Positions 48,837 through 58,969 of a DNA stretch of 64,000 bases are shown here, in pieces (position 1 is the stretch's first letter; every line of letters starts with the position of its first letter). A program made the position numbers and the translations under genes. The stretch is from positions 1 to 64,000 of the forward strand of contig JBBAFB010000002.1 of NCBI GenBank assembly GCA_041655595.1, written 5' to 3'. This DNA is from Bacillota bacterium (GTDB lineage Bacteria; Bacillota; DULZ01). The notes under the pieces were generated by a model. The model had not been told where the DNA came from, did not search any database, and worked only from the letters and a program-made list of their open reading frames with translations.

Positions 48837-49148
48837 AAAAAAACCGGGACTGGGGTCGTATAAGCAGGCTTTTTGTTAATTTAATTAATGCCGGGGCAGG
48901 GATTTGGCTTGCCTTGGCAGAATATCTACTAAATACGAAAATCATCCTTTATTGATGATTTGGGCATCCACCAAAGTCAGTTGATTAAAGAATCAGAGAG
49001 GTCTTTTCACTACTATGGTGCGGGGGCTTTTTGGTTTTTTTTATTCGCTACCATGGGGAGACTAGAATTTCAGATAAATTTTACTGCCAATGCTATAAAA
49101 ATGTTTAGTGCACAAATATATTGCGGGGCCGAAGGAGGCGGCTGGTTA

Positions 49149-49745
49149 ATGGTTGAAGACGAATACACTACTATACAAACAGCGACAGAGCTAAAACTGG
49201 TTATAGAAAGATCTCGTTTTATCGCAAACCTGGTTGAGGCAGATACGGAAACCGAGGCAAAAGTATTTATAAATTCCATAAAGGCTAAATACCATCAAGC
49301 CACTCACAATTGCTCCGCTTATTCCATCGGTCTGCCTTCCCATGGAATTACCTTTTTCGATGATGATGGCGAGCCGTCCGGGAGCGGGGGCAAGCCCATC
49401 TTAGGTGCTATTTTGAGGCAGAATCTTACTAATGTGGTAGTGGTAGTAACTCGTTACTTTGGTGGGAAAAAATTAGGTATTAGAGGGTTAATAGACGCTT
49501 ATGGGGGAATTGCGGAAGAAGCACTTGTTGCGGCCGGCAGGGTTAATAAAATACTTGGCAGTGAAATTCAATTGGTTGCAGACTATGAACAAGTGACTAG
49601 GGTTATGTATCTGATTGATAAATACCGGGCCAAATTAACGGCCAGTGATTATGGTGAAAAGGTAAAAATGAGCTTGGTAATCAGAAAAAGTCTACATGAA
49701 GCGTTGGAAACAGAACTTAGTCCATATGTAATTTTAGTGGATTGA
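49149..49745 (+). CDS. yigZ: YigZ/IMPACT-family protein (UPF0029)
   Basis: VVVVVTRYFGGKKLGIRGL signature. ATG 49149 with the SD AAGGAGG; the ORF-track start at 48960 is probably too early. Confidence 0.7.
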   Translation: MVEDEYTTIQTATELKLVIERSRFIANLVEADTETEAKVFINSIKAKYHQATHNCSAYSIGLPSHGITFFDDDGEPSGSGGKPILGAILRQNLTNVVVVVTRYFGGKKLGIRGLIDAYGGIAEEALVAAGRVNKILGSEIQLVADYEQVTRVMYLIDKYRAKLTASDYGEKVKMSLVIRKSLHEALETELSPYVILVD

Positions 49746-49848
49746 TCAGCAGGAAAACGGGCGGCGATTGAATATTTCAAAAAGCAGGGTTAGATTTTAG
49801 ATAGAAAAAGAAGGGATTGATTGGAGGCCACAAAGGGGGCAAGGAAAG

Positions 49849-51846
49849 GTGAACAACGAAGAAGGGCTGATTATTGAGAAGAAAACCATAGAAGAGGCTT
49901 TGTCGGAGGCGGAAAGTATCCTGGGTGTTTCCCGGGACGTGATGGAGATAGAGATTATCAGAGAAGCCAAAAAGGGTTTATTTGGATTAATGGAGCATAA
50001 TGCCATCATTCATGTTCAAACAAAAAAGACAGAGACAGAAGATTTGCCCGAGGAAGCCCCAACTGCTGCAGATGAAATTATTTTGTATGATGGTTCGGTA
50101 CAGGTCATCGGAGGTAAGGTAATTGTAATTGATCCAGCCACGGAAGGCTTGGCTGCTACCATTACCCCGGGAGATAATCTGCATATTGTGGTCAACGGAC
50201 AGTTAATTGATGGGCTGACAGAGGTTTATTCAAAGGATGAGATAGGGCTGATACCGGTTCAGACAGAGCCAAGCTGGAAAGCGGATCTCAGGGTGAGCAG
50301 CGACAGGCTTGAGGCCTATTTAAAAGTGACAAAAAACTCGGGCTATAAGTTTTTTGTACCAAATACTAAGCCTAAGAGAGAAGCGATCATTCATGCCAAG
50401 GTGGAGGAAGCCGTTGACCCCCAAATCAGCTTGGCAGACCTGAATAGTTTTTTAAGGGACAATAATATTTCTTACGGAATTATAGAATCAGGTTTGCTTG
50501 AGGCGATTGATTCCCACGGAGTAGAGAAGCTGGTTGCCAAGGGCGACCTTCCTAAAGAGGGCAAAGATGCTAATGTGAAAGTTATGTATTTAGAGGAAAA
50601 GCTTGTCGCCGACGGGGGCGAAGACGGGGAAGTGATAATGGAAAGGGTTGCCCGCCATGCAGTTATCAGCGTGGAACCGGGGCAATTGTTGGCGGAGATT
50701 ATACCTCCCATCCCGGGCCAGCCGGGTAAGGATATCTATGGGCAAATCATTGAGCCCAAACCTATAAAGGAACTGAGTTTAATAGCGGGTAAAGGTGCCG
50801 AAATTGACCAAGAGGGACAGCGCGCCTATGCTACAATTAGTGGCAGGCCCGAGGTGGTGAAAAATAGGGTTTCTGTGCACTCCACCTACACTGTTACCGG
50901 TGATGTAACTGCCAAAGTGGGCAGGATTCTTTTTAAAGGTGATGTGCAAGTTACCGGTAATGTTTTAGATGAAATGCAAATAGAAGCAACGGGAAAGATT
51001 GTAATAAATGGCTATACTGCCAATGCCACCATTATTGCCGGCGGGGATGTCATAATTCGCAGAAATGTTATCGGAGGGGTTATTCGTGCAGGTGGGTTAG
51101 CAACTCTTTGCGGAAAGACAATGGTTATTCTGGAGGGGATTCATAGTCAATTGCCCCAATTGTTGAATGGAGCAAAACAGTTGCTAGCTCATCCATCTTT
51201 TGCGGAAAACAAAGATTTGGCAAAGGTGGGGCATGGTATTATTTTCAAGATGCTCTTAAGCGGTAAGTTTCAGCCCCTATTGTCAAAGTTCCAGGAAGCA
51301 GCCCAAGATTTAAGTGAAATAAAAAATCAATTGGATTATCTGGATTTCGAGATCTTCTTAACGGAGCACGCCAAGCTACGGGAGTTGTTAACCGGCAACA
51401 ATGTTTTAGCACTTAAGACCATGGATCAGGCAGATAATATGTTTGATAATTATTCCTTTCATTTAAGCCAATTGTTAGATTACTTTAAGGATAAATCAAT
51501 GGACAGGGCAAATCTAGTGGTGACTACAGTGCAAAACTCCCATTTGGAATGCAGCGGAGAAATAAAAATAATGGGGCAAGGCGCTTATAACTGTAATATT
51601 TATGCCGGTGGGGATGTTTTTATACAAGGGATGCCGGGTATTTTCCGCGGAGGTGAAATAGTTGCGGGCGGGAATGTAGTGGTAAGGGAGCTAGGGAGTC
51701 CGGCGGAAATTAGTTCGGAAGTAAAAATAGGCCCCGGGAAAAGCCTAAAGGCCCAAAAAATCTACCCCAGAGTGGTTATAGAAGCCGGTGGTCGAGTAGA
51801 AAGGATTACTTATGAGCAATCGGCCTATGTTTTAGTCGGTGAATAA
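49849..51846 (+). CDS. FapA-like (DUF342) flagellar-assembly-associated protein with Jag-like N-terminus
   Basis: 665 aa with repeated G-x-V/I beta-helix-like motifs (GDVIIRRNVIGGVIRAGG, GGDVFIQG, GGNVVV). Located upstream of cheW. Confidence 0.6.
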   Translation: MNNEEGLIIEKKTIEEALSEAESILGVSRDVMEIEIIREAKKGLFGLMEHNAIIHVQTKKTETEDLPEEAPTAADEIILYDGSVQVIGGKVIVIDPATEGLAATITPGDNLHIVVNGQLIDGLTEVYSKDEIGLIPVQTEPSWKADLRVSSDRLEAYLKVTKNSGYKFFVPNTKPKREAIIHAKVEEAVDPQISLADLNSFLRDNNISYGIIESGLLEAIDSHGVEKLVAKGDLPKEGKDANVKVMYLEEKLVADGGEDGEVIMERVARHAVISVEPGQLLAEIIPPIPGQPGKDIYGQIIEPKPIKELSLIAGKGAEIDQEGQRAYATISGRPEVVKNRVSVHSTYTVTGDVTAKVGRILFKGDVQVTGNVLDEMQIEATGKIVINGYTANATIIAGGDVIIRRNVIGGVIRAGGLATLCGKTMVILEGIHSQLPQLLNGAKQLLAHPSFAENKDLAKVGHGIIFKMLLSGKFQPLLSKFQEAAQDLSEIKNQLDYLDFEIFLTEHAKLRELLTGNNVLALKTMDQADNMFDNYSFHLSQLLDYFKDKSMDRANLVVTTVQNSHLECSGEIKIMGQGAYNCNIYAGGDVFIQGMPGIFRGGEIVAGGNVVVRELGSPAEISSEVKIGPGKSLKAQKIYPRVVIEAGGRVERITYEQSAYVLVGE

Positions 51847-51982
51847 TGATTGCAATGGAAACTACTTTGGGCCGTTAGTTGATTTTTTTTGAGGCTGCGA
51901 AAAGTTCAAAGGATTTTCGGGAATTTTGTTGAAACAATAGTGTTATTACAAGGAAAAACATAAAACATAATTTTTAGAAAGG

Positions 51983-52495
51983 ATGATAAATGTGGATCAG
52001 GAAAAAAACTTAGTTGGCGCCGCGGAAGAACAGCTGGTAGTTTTTCAACTCGGCAACGAAACTTATGGAATTGAGATTTCCGCAGTACACGAAATTATTA
52101 GAATGCAAAGTATTACAAAGGTTCCCAGAACCCCTAGTTTTGTTGAAGGGGTCATTAACCTCCGTGGAAGAATTGTCCCGGTAATTGATTTGCATAAAAG
52201 ATTTGAGCTGCCTTTAGAAGAAGAAACTCCCCATTCCAGGATTATTGTTGTAGAGGTTAAAGGGGTTACAGTGGGTATGATTGTGGATTCAGTTTCTGAG
52301 GTGCTCCGGATTCCTCAAAACAAAATTGAGCCACCTCCACCGGCAATTACCGGCGGTATTGAAACAGAGTATTTACGCGGCGTTGGTAAATGGAAAGAAG
52401 AATTGATAATTCTCCTTGATTTAGAAAAGGTTCTGGATAAGTCCGAGTACAAAATTTTAGAGCAACATAGCCAAGAACTGGCCGCTACAAAATAA
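51983..52495 (+). CDS. cheW: chemotaxis coupling protein CheW
   Basis: QLVVFQLGNETYGIEISAVHEI...VINLRGRIVPVIDL. Start may be GTG 51992. Confidence 0.85.
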   Translation: MINVDQEKNLVGAAEEQLVVFQLGNETYGIEISAVHEIIRMQSITKVPRTPSFVEGVINLRGRIVPVIDLHKRFELPLEEETPHSRIIVVEVKGVTVGMIVDSVSEVLRIPQNKIEPPPPAITGGIETEYLRGVGKWKEELIILLDLEKVLDKSEYKILEQHSQELAATK

Positions 52496-52538
52496 TTTAC
52501 CCTATAAGGGTTTTATTAGACAACAGGGGGTGTACTGT

Positions 52539-54587
52539 ATGTCAAAAGATTTTGATATCGACCAGTATCTTGGTATTTTCTTAGATGAAGCAGAAGAGCA
52601 ACTACAAATACTGGACGAATCCTTGGTTCTTTTGGAGCAGGAAAGAGATAACAAGAATTTGCTCAACCAAATTTTCAGGGCCGCTCATACTTTAAAGGGT
52701 TCCTCCGCCTCCATGGGTTTTGAAAAAATGGCGGAGTTGACGCATGTTTTAGAGAGTGTTTTAGACGATCTGCGTCATGGTAAGCTGACAGTAACCACTG
52801 AAATAATAGACTACCTTTTGAATGGCTTAGATGCGCTAAAGGTGATTAAAGCGGAAATTATTTCCGGGGAAAGTAATGGTGTTGAGATCAGCTCATTAAT
52901 AAATGATTTAAAGAAAATCAAAGGAAAAGAAGATCCTCCAGCCTTCATAACCGAAACAAAAAAAGCGGTAAGTGCCGCAGAATCCTCACCCTCAGAGCTG
53001 CAAATTGAACTTGATGATGTGGAAATGCATGTAGCTTCAGCAGCAAAGGCAAACGGTTACAATGTTTGGCACACAAAAGTAAATTTAGCTCCAGATTGTT
53101 TGATGAAGGGCGCAAGGGCTTATATTGTTTTTAACAATTTAAAGGATAAAGGTGAAGTGATTAAAACTATTCCTCCTATTGATGAGATTGAGGAAGAGCG
53201 TTTTGAGGATTCATTTGAATTTGTGATTGTGACCAAGCTTTCCAAGGATGTACTTAATAGCATAATTAAATCCATCTCGGACATAGCGGCAGTACAAATT
53301 GAGGCCGTTCAGATCGGTTTTATAGCTGAAGGTATTTCAGAGGGTGAAAGGGTGGAAGGCGACGGCAGAATTTCCTCGGATAAGGTTCATGGTCAGGCCA
53401 AGGTTGCTCAAACAGTTAGGGTGGATGTGCAGCGGCTTGAAAATTTAATGAATTTGGCCGGTGAATTGGTGATTGATAGAACACGTTTGGCAGATGTCAA
53501 CGGTAGCTTAAAGACTACTCTAGGGGCTGATAAAACCATTGAGACCTTGGAGGAAGTGACTGTTCATTTGGGCAGGATTGTGGGGGAATTGCAAGAGGAA
53601 ATCATGAAAGCCAGAATGTTTCCCATTGATCAAGTGTTTAATCGTTTCCCAAGAATGGTTAGGGATTTGGCTCAAAAAGCGGGCAAGGAGATTAATTTTA
53701 TCGTCGAAGGGCGAGAGACCGAGTTAGATAGAACAGTCATAGAAGAAATTGGGGATCCCTTAATTCACCTGCTAAGGAATGCCATTGATCATGGTATCGA
53801 AGGTCCCCAGGAAAGAATGAGAGCAGGGAAGCCGGCCATCGGTACCATTAAATTGAGAGCCTTCCATCAGGAGAATCAAATAGTTATTACAGTACAAGAT
53901 GATGGGAAAGGAATGGATCCGGCGGCTATAAAAGTGAAAGCCATTGATAAGGGAATTATAACCTCCGATATAGCTTCGCGGCTTTCAGAAAGGGAAACCC
54001 TGAATTTGATTTTTGCCCCGGGTTTTTCAACTGCTACCGTGGTCAGCGATGTATCCGGCAGGGGCGTAGGGATGGATATTGTCAGAAACCATATTGAGAA
54101 AATTAATGGCTTAGTAGATATAGATTCTGCTTGGGGGAAGGGGACAAAATTTACCATAAAATTACCCTTGACTCTGGCAATTAATCGCTCTTTGCTAGTT
54201 TATTTAGGTAAGCAGGTTTTTGCCTTTCCTTTGGCCAATGTGCTGGAGATTATTAATGTGGACGTGGGGCAGATACAACAAGTTCAGCAAAGGGATGTTA
54301 TCTTGGTGAGAGGGGAAGTGTTGCCCCTCTTTAAGCTCTCCGATATATTGCCCTACCCTGATGATGGTATCCAAAGAGATAAACCGCCGGTAGTGGTGGT
54401 GGGTATTTCTGAAAAGAGGCTGGGTTTTATAGTGGATGAGCTGATGGGGGAGCAAGAAATTGTTATAAAATCCTTGGGTGAGTTTATCGGCCAGGTACCG
54501 GGTCTTGCCGGGGCAACTATTATGGGTGACGGAGAGGTGGCTTTGATTTTAGATGTCCGGGGGTTGGCAGGTCAGGCAGGTGTATAA
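52539..54587 (+). CDS. cheA: chemotaxis histidine kinase CheA
   Basis: P1 phosphorylation site (FRAAHTLKGSSASMGF), HATPase region (GDPLIHLLRNAIDHGIE ... DDGKGMD ... GRGVGMDIV) and a CheW-like C-terminus. Confidence 0.9.
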   Translation: MSKDFDIDQYLGIFLDEAEEQLQILDESLVLLEQERDNKNLLNQIFRAAHTLKGSSASMGFEKMAELTHVLESVLDDLRHGKLTVTTEIIDYLLNGLDALKVIKAEIISGESNGVEISSLINDLKKIKGKEDPPAFITETKKAVSAAESSPSELQIELDDVEMHVASAAKANGYNVWHTKVNLAPDCLMKGARAYIVFNNLKDKGEVIKTIPPIDEIEEERFEDSFEFVIVTKLSKDVLNSIIKSISDIAAVQIEAVQIGFIAEGISEGERVEGDGRISSDKVHGQAKVAQTVRVDVQRLENLMNLAGELVIDRTRLADVNGSLKTTLGADKTIETLEEVTVHLGRIVGELQEEIMKARMFPIDQVFNRFPRMVRDLAQKAGKEINFIVEGRETELDRTVIEEIGDPLIHLLRNAIDHGIEGPQERMRAGKPAIGTIKLRAFHQENQIVITVQDDGKGMDPAAIKVKAIDKGIITSDIASRLSERETLNLIFAPGFSTATVVSDVSGRGVGMDIVRNHIEKINGLVDIDSAWGKGTKFTIKLPLTLAINRSLLVYLGKQVFAFPLANVLEIINVDVGQIQQVQQRDVILVRGEVLPLFKLSDILPYPDDGIQRDKPPVVVVGISEKRLGFIVDELMGEQEIVIKSLGEFIGQVPGLAGATIMGDGEVALILDVRGLAGQAGV

Positions 54588-54589
54588 AG

Positions 54590-55687
54590 ATGACAGTAAA
54601 AGAACTGATTAAGGTATTTATAGTTGATGATTCCGCCTTTATGAGGCGTTTATTTACCACTATGCTGGAAGAAGATCCGGAAATAAAGGTCGTTGGATAC
54701 GCAAGGGAAGGTAGAGAGGCTTTAGAAAAAATTCAAAGATTGAAGCCCCATGTAGTTACACTTGATGTAGAGATGCCCGGCATGGACGGACTGACTACCT
54801 TAAGAGAGCTAATGGATACAAATCCACTGCCGGTAGTAATGCTCAGTTCAACTACGACAGCAGGGGCAACAAATACTATCCGCGCCTTGGAGTTAGGTGC
54901 GGTTGATTTTGTGCCGAAGCCGGAGAACCGGGCAGAGTTGATGCTGTTGGGCACAGAGTTGGTTGCAAAGATTAAGCTTGCTTCCGGTGTAACGGCCGAA
55001 AGAATCATCATGCAGAAAAAATTATGTGATGGTGGGCCTTGCCCTCCAATTTTTCCTTCGGCAGTAACGGCGGCAGATCGCACTGTTCCGGCTTTTTTGG
55101 GATCGAAGGGGCAAATCGAACTGGTGGCTATTGGCACCTCAACCGGCGGACCGGCGGCATTAACAGAGGTTTTTAAAACACTACCTAGGAACCTACCTGC
55201 CGGCGTAATAATTGCACAGCATATGCCCCCGGGATTCACCAAATCCTTGGCCGCAAGGTTAAATGATTTGGGCAGTATGCCCGTTAAAGAAGCCGAAGAT
55301 GGTGATCTCATTCAAAAGGGTAGGGCTTATCTGGCGCCGGCCGGTCTGCAAACAGAAGTTGAGCGCAACAAAGGGGAAGTAAAGTTAAAGGTGTTTGAGA
55401 AACCGCCTTTTCCGACTCTCTATAAACCTTCGGTGGATGTTTTGTTTTTATCGGTGGCAAAAGTTTACGGATCGGCTGCACTGGGGGTTATTATGACCGG
55501 CATGGGTAACGATGGAACCATGGGTTTAAAAGCCATCAAAGAAGCAGCCGGTCAAGTGTTGGCACAGGATGAAGCTTCCTCCATTGTTTACGGTATGCCC
55601 AAGTCTGCAGTAGAAGCCGGAGTTGTGGATAAAATTTTGCCCTTGATAAAGCTGTCGGAGGAGATCGGCAATTTGGTCAAGCGGTGA
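54590..55687 (+). CDS. cheB: chemotaxis response regulator protein-glutamate methylesterase CheB
   Basis: REC domain (FIVDDSAFMRR...VTLDVEMPGMDG) plus the methylesterase catalytic region (GTSTGGP...HMPPGFT...MTGMGNDG). Confidence 0.9.
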   Translation: MTVKELIKVFIVDDSAFMRRLFTTMLEEDPEIKVVGYAREGREALEKIQRLKPHVVTLDVEMPGMDGLTTLRELMDTNPLPVVMLSSTTTAGATNTIRALELGAVDFVPKPENRAELMLLGTELVAKIKLASGVTAERIIMQKKLCDGGPCPPIFPSAVTAADRTVPAFLGSKGQIELVAIGTSTGGPAALTEVFKTLPRNLPAGVIIAQHMPPGFTKSLAARLNDLGSMPVKEAEDGDLIQKGRAYLAPAGLQTEVERNKGEVKLKVFEKPPFPTLYKPSVDVLFLSVAKVYGSAALGVIMTGMGNDGTMGLKAIKEAAGQVLAQDEASSIVYGMPKSAVEAGVVDKILPLIKLSEEIGNLVKR

Positions 55688-55694
55688 TTTTTTT

Positions 55695-55722
55695 TAAAGT
55701 ATTAACAACTTCCTGCCGATAT
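55695..55722 (+). promoter_or_regulatory. sigma-28 (SigD/FliA)-type promoter upstream of flgM (TAAA-N16-GCCGATAT)
   Basis: TAAAgtattaacaacttcctGCCGATAT matches the sigma-28 -35 and -10 consensus. Confidence 0.65.
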
Positions 55723-55756
55723 ATATATCAGGAATAAAAAACAGGTGGTGACTCCA

Positions 55757-56050
55757 ATGAAAATTTTTAGACAGGGATCTATTAACCCCTTTGAAGCTTA
55801 TCAAAAACAGCAAGCTCAGCTTAAAAAGGTGGACACCCAGGACAACCGAGACCCTGCCATTTCAAAGGGGGATATATTGGAGCTTTCTTCTGATATAAAA
55901 AGGATTGAGAACTACGCAAAAAAAATCAAGGATTTGCCTGAAATCAGAGAGGGACTGGTCAAGGAAATTAAGGAGCAGATGAAGGCCGGTACTTATTATA
56001 TTCCACCGGAGAAAATTGCAGAAAATCTTTTAAATTTGATGGGAAAATAG
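55757..56050 (+). CDS. flgM: anti-sigma-28 factor FlgM
   Basis: About 97-aa protein in the FlgM position, with a FlgM-like C-terminal helix (YYIPPEKIAENLLNLMGK). ATG with the SD AGGTGGTGA. Confidence 0.7.
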   Translation: MKIFRQGSINPFEAYQKQQAQLKKVDTQDNRDPAISKGDILELSSDIKRIENYAKKIKDLPEIREGLVKEIKEQMKAGTYYIPPEKIAENLLNLMGK

Positions 56051-56059
56051 GGTGAACTT

Positions 56060-56530
56060 ATGGTTATAAAGGAACTGCAAGAAATTTTGGAAAGCCAGTT
56101 TTTGCTGGCAGAATCAATCCTTCATGCAACAAGAGAGCTGACTGTTTCCCTTGTCGAAGATAACTTGAGTAAAATCATGAGGCGAAACGAAGAACTGGAG
56201 GATTTGGCCGAAGAGATGCAATCCTTGGAGGAAAAGCGCATAGCCGGCCTTGCCAGGGCTATAAAATCCCTAGGGTTGGAACAGGAGCCCACCTTGAGGG
56301 AACTGGCGGAGGAAGTTGCTTTGCCTGATGACCTCCGGCAAGCGGCAAGCAAGCTCAGAAAAAAGTTTCAGGAACTTCAGGAACAGAATCGGTTGAATGA
56401 GCTGCTTTTAAAACAATCTGTCTACTACAATCAAAAAATGCAAATGGCTATTAACCAGGGAAGCAATTATCAGCCGGATGGTAAGTTGGAGCAAAAGAAG
56501 GGGTCTTCCCTGTTGGATCGCAGTGTTTAA
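56060..56530 (+). CDS. flgN: FlgN-like flagellar export chaperone
   Basis: Helical 156-aa protein between flgM and flgK, matching the position of B. subtilis yvyG. Confidence 0.55.
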   Translation: MVIKELQEILESQFLLAESILHATRELTVSLVEDNLSKIMRRNEELEDLAEEMQSLEEKRIAGLARAIKSLGLEQEPTLRELAEEVALPDDLRQAASKLRKKFQELQEQNRLNELLLKQSVYYNQKMQMAINQGSNYQPDGKLEQKKGSSLLDRSV

Positions 56531-56552
56531 CTGATACTAGGGGTGAATTGAA

Positions 56553-58046
56553 ATGTCAGGTACTTTTTTTGGTTTTAATACAGCACTAAAAGGTTTATTC
56601 GCTCAGCAAAAAGCAATGAACACGACAGCCCATAATATAGCCAACGCAGGCACGGAGGGCTATACTCGCCAGCAAGCGGTGATGGAGGCAACCCCCGCTT
56701 TTGCTGTTCCTTCTATGAGCAGGCCCGGGGGCTCGGGGCAGGTGGGTACCGGCGTTAATGTCAATGAGATCCGCCGTATAAGGGATGTTTTTTTGGATAC
56801 ACAAATCAGAAATGAACTGGCCGGCCTGGGAGAATGGGAACAAAAAAGTGAAACCCTGCGGTTGGCAGAAACCGTTTTTATTGAGCCCTCAGATGATGGA
56901 CTGAGCAGTATTTTTGATGAGTTTTGGAAGGGCTGGCAGGAGCTCAGTAAAAATGCCGAAAATATTCCTATCAGGACATCATTAAAAGAAACTGCCATTT
57001 CCTTAGCGGATGCCATTAAGCACTCCTATAATCAATTGAACACCGTGGTTACCGACCTGAAAAGAACGGCAGAGATTAAGGCATTGGCCGTTAATACCTT
57101 GGCTACCCAAATAAATGATTTAAATCAGCAAATAGCTACTATCCAGCTTTCGGGTGATTCCCCCAACGATTTGAAAGACCAAAGAGATAATTTGCTGGAT
57201 AAATTAGCCAGGTTAATTGATTTCACGCCCGAGGATACCACAGTGGAACGCCCGGTGGGGGTCACAAAGAATCCGGACGGCACCTTTGACGTGGCTATGG
57301 GGCATGTGCCCGATGGGCAAATCAGGATTTATATGGGCGATCCAGCGACCAAAATTGAAGACAGAAAAGAGCAAGACTACTTAGTTTACGCTCAACCAAA
57401 TAAGTTTCAAACTATTGCCTACAGTGAAGCCGACAAGGAATTTAAGTGGATGGAAGATGCAAGCACAGTTCCCCCAACCCTTGGCGATACTTTTCCGGTT
57501 TTCACCGGGGAGCTGTTTGGCCTGATGGAAGTTATGGCCCAAATAGAAGAATATATCAGCGATTTAAATGAGCTTGCCGAAAACCTGGCAACGGCCGTTA
57601 ATGAAAAACATCTAAACGGGGTGGACCTTGATGGTCAGCAGGGAGAACAGTTTTTTTACTTTGATTCCGGGAATGCAGCCGGTACCATCAAGGTAAATGC
57701 AGAAATAACAAAAGATGTTACAAAAATTGCTGCTTCAATAGATTCGGCAGGTGGCCATGATGGTGGTGTTGCTTTAGAAATAGCTAAACTGCGCCCGGGG
57801 ATTGACAGGCAGTATGACCAGCTTGTTTCCCGAATCGGTGTGAAGACCAATGAAGCTATCAAACGAAGACAAGGCCAGGAAGTTTTATTAGGACAGTTGG
57901 AATCCAGAAAAGAAAGTATTTCCGGGGTGAGTCTGGACGAAGAAATGGCTTTTATGATGCAGTATCAAAGAGCTTACCAAGCAGCAGCTACAATAATTAC
58001 AACCTTGGACGAAATGGTGCAAACCATTTTGGCTCTTAAAAGGTAA
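56553..58046 (+). CDS. flgK: flagellar hook-associated protein 1 FlgK
   Basis: N-terminus MSGTFFGFNTALKGLFAQQKAMNTTAHNIANAGTEGYTRQ and C-terminus LDEEMAFMMQYQRAYQAAA. Confidence 0.9.
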   Translation: MSGTFFGFNTALKGLFAQQKAMNTTAHNIANAGTEGYTRQQAVMEATPAFAVPSMSRPGGSGQVGTGVNVNEIRRIRDVFLDTQIRNELAGLGEWEQKSETLRLAETVFIEPSDDGLSSIFDEFWKGWQELSKNAENIPIRTSLKETAISLADAIKHSYNQLNTVVTDLKRTAEIKALAVNTLATQINDLNQQIATIQLSGDSPNDLKDQRDNLLDKLARLIDFTPEDTTVERPVGVTKNPDGTFDVAMGHVPDGQIRIYMGDPATKIEDRKEQDYLVYAQPNKFQTIAYSEADKEFKWMEDASTVPPTLGDTFPVFTGELFGLMEVMAQIEEYISDLNELAENLATAVNEKHLNGVDLDGQQGEQFFYFDSGNAAGTIKVNAEITKDVTKIAASIDSAGGHDGGVALEIAKLRPGIDRQYDQLVSRIGVKTNEAIKRRQGQEVLLGQLESRKESISGVSLDEEMAFMMQYQRAYQAAATIITTLDEMVQTILALKR

Positions 58047-58059
58047 GGGGGAATAAGAA

Positions 58060-58950
58060 TTGCGAGTTACTAATAGAATGCTTGTGGATAATGTTCTAAA
58101 AAACATTAACAGCAATTTGGCAAGGTTACAAAAATTAGAATACCAGCAATCTTCGGGACAGATCGTTTCCCGCCCTTCAGATGACCCTATTCGCGTAACG
58201 CAGGCCCTCTACATGAGAAGTAATTTGTCTGAGCAACAGCAGCATATAAAAAACATGGAGGATGCCAAGAATTGGGTAGATGTCAGTGATACCGCCCTGG
58301 ATAATGCCAGTGAAATTATTCAAAGGGCTAACGAAATAGCAATTAATGGTGCCAATGGCACCCTTCCAAAAGAGGCGAGGGATGCCTTGGCCGATGAACT
58401 GGATGAACTAATAGATCATTTAGTGCAAATAGCCAATACCAGTCATGCGGGTAGGTTTATTTTTGCCGGTACAAAAACTACTGCCGTTCCTTTTACAACG
58501 GAAAAGGAAGCAGATAAGATTACGAAGGTTATCTATCAGGGGAACGACGGAGTTTTAGATTGGGAGGTTTCTCCCGATGTAACCTTAGATGTTAACAGGC
58601 CGGGAAATGAGATTTTTGATGGCATTTTTGAAGTTTTAATAGATTTAAGTCAGGATCTACGGGATGCCAATATTGAGGGAATTAATGATGCCATCGAAAA
58701 TTTAAACACAGAGTTGGACAACAATCTCTCTCACAGGGCGATTTACGGCGCTAAATATCGTCGGATGGAAATGGCAATAGCACAGGCAAAAACTTCGGAA
58801 AACAATGTTACCGAATTATTGTCTAACTTAGAGGATATAAATTTGGCAGAGATCAATATGCTTTTATCCATGCAGTCCTACATTTACCAAGCTTCTTTAA
58901 TGACTGCCGCCAAGGTGCTGCAGCCTTCATTAGTGGACTTTATGCGTTAG
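58060..58950 (+). CDS. flgL: flagellar hook-associated protein 3 FlgL
   Basis: Flagellin-like N-terminus (MRVTNRMLVDNVLKNINSNLARLQKLEYQQSSGQ) and C-terminus. 296 aa. Confidence 0.85.
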   Translation: MRVTNRMLVDNVLKNINSNLARLQKLEYQQSSGQIVSRPSDDPIRVTQALYMRSNLSEQQQHIKNMEDAKNWVDVSDTALDNASEIIQRANEIAINGANGTLPKEARDALADELDELIDHLVQIANTSHAGRFIFAGTKTTAVPFTTEKEADKITKVIYQGNDGVLDWEVSPDVTLDVNRPGNEIFDGIFEVLIDLSQDLRDANIEGINDAIENLNTELDNNLSHRAIYGAKYRRMEMAIAQAKTSENNVTELLSNLEDINLAEINMLLSMQSYIYQASLMTAAKVLQPSLVDFMR

Positions 58951-58969
58951 GCAACCGGGGGGTTTTAAC

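Noticed and set aside
49745-49849. Possible sigma-28 promoter (GGCGATTG) upstream of the FapA-like gene
   Set aside because: No TAAA -35 element lies at the proper spacing and the -10 match is poor. There is not enough to call a promoter.
54733-55311. 192-aa minus-strand ORF
   Set aside because: Antisense to cheB, which has strong homology features. It is a GC-skew artefact.
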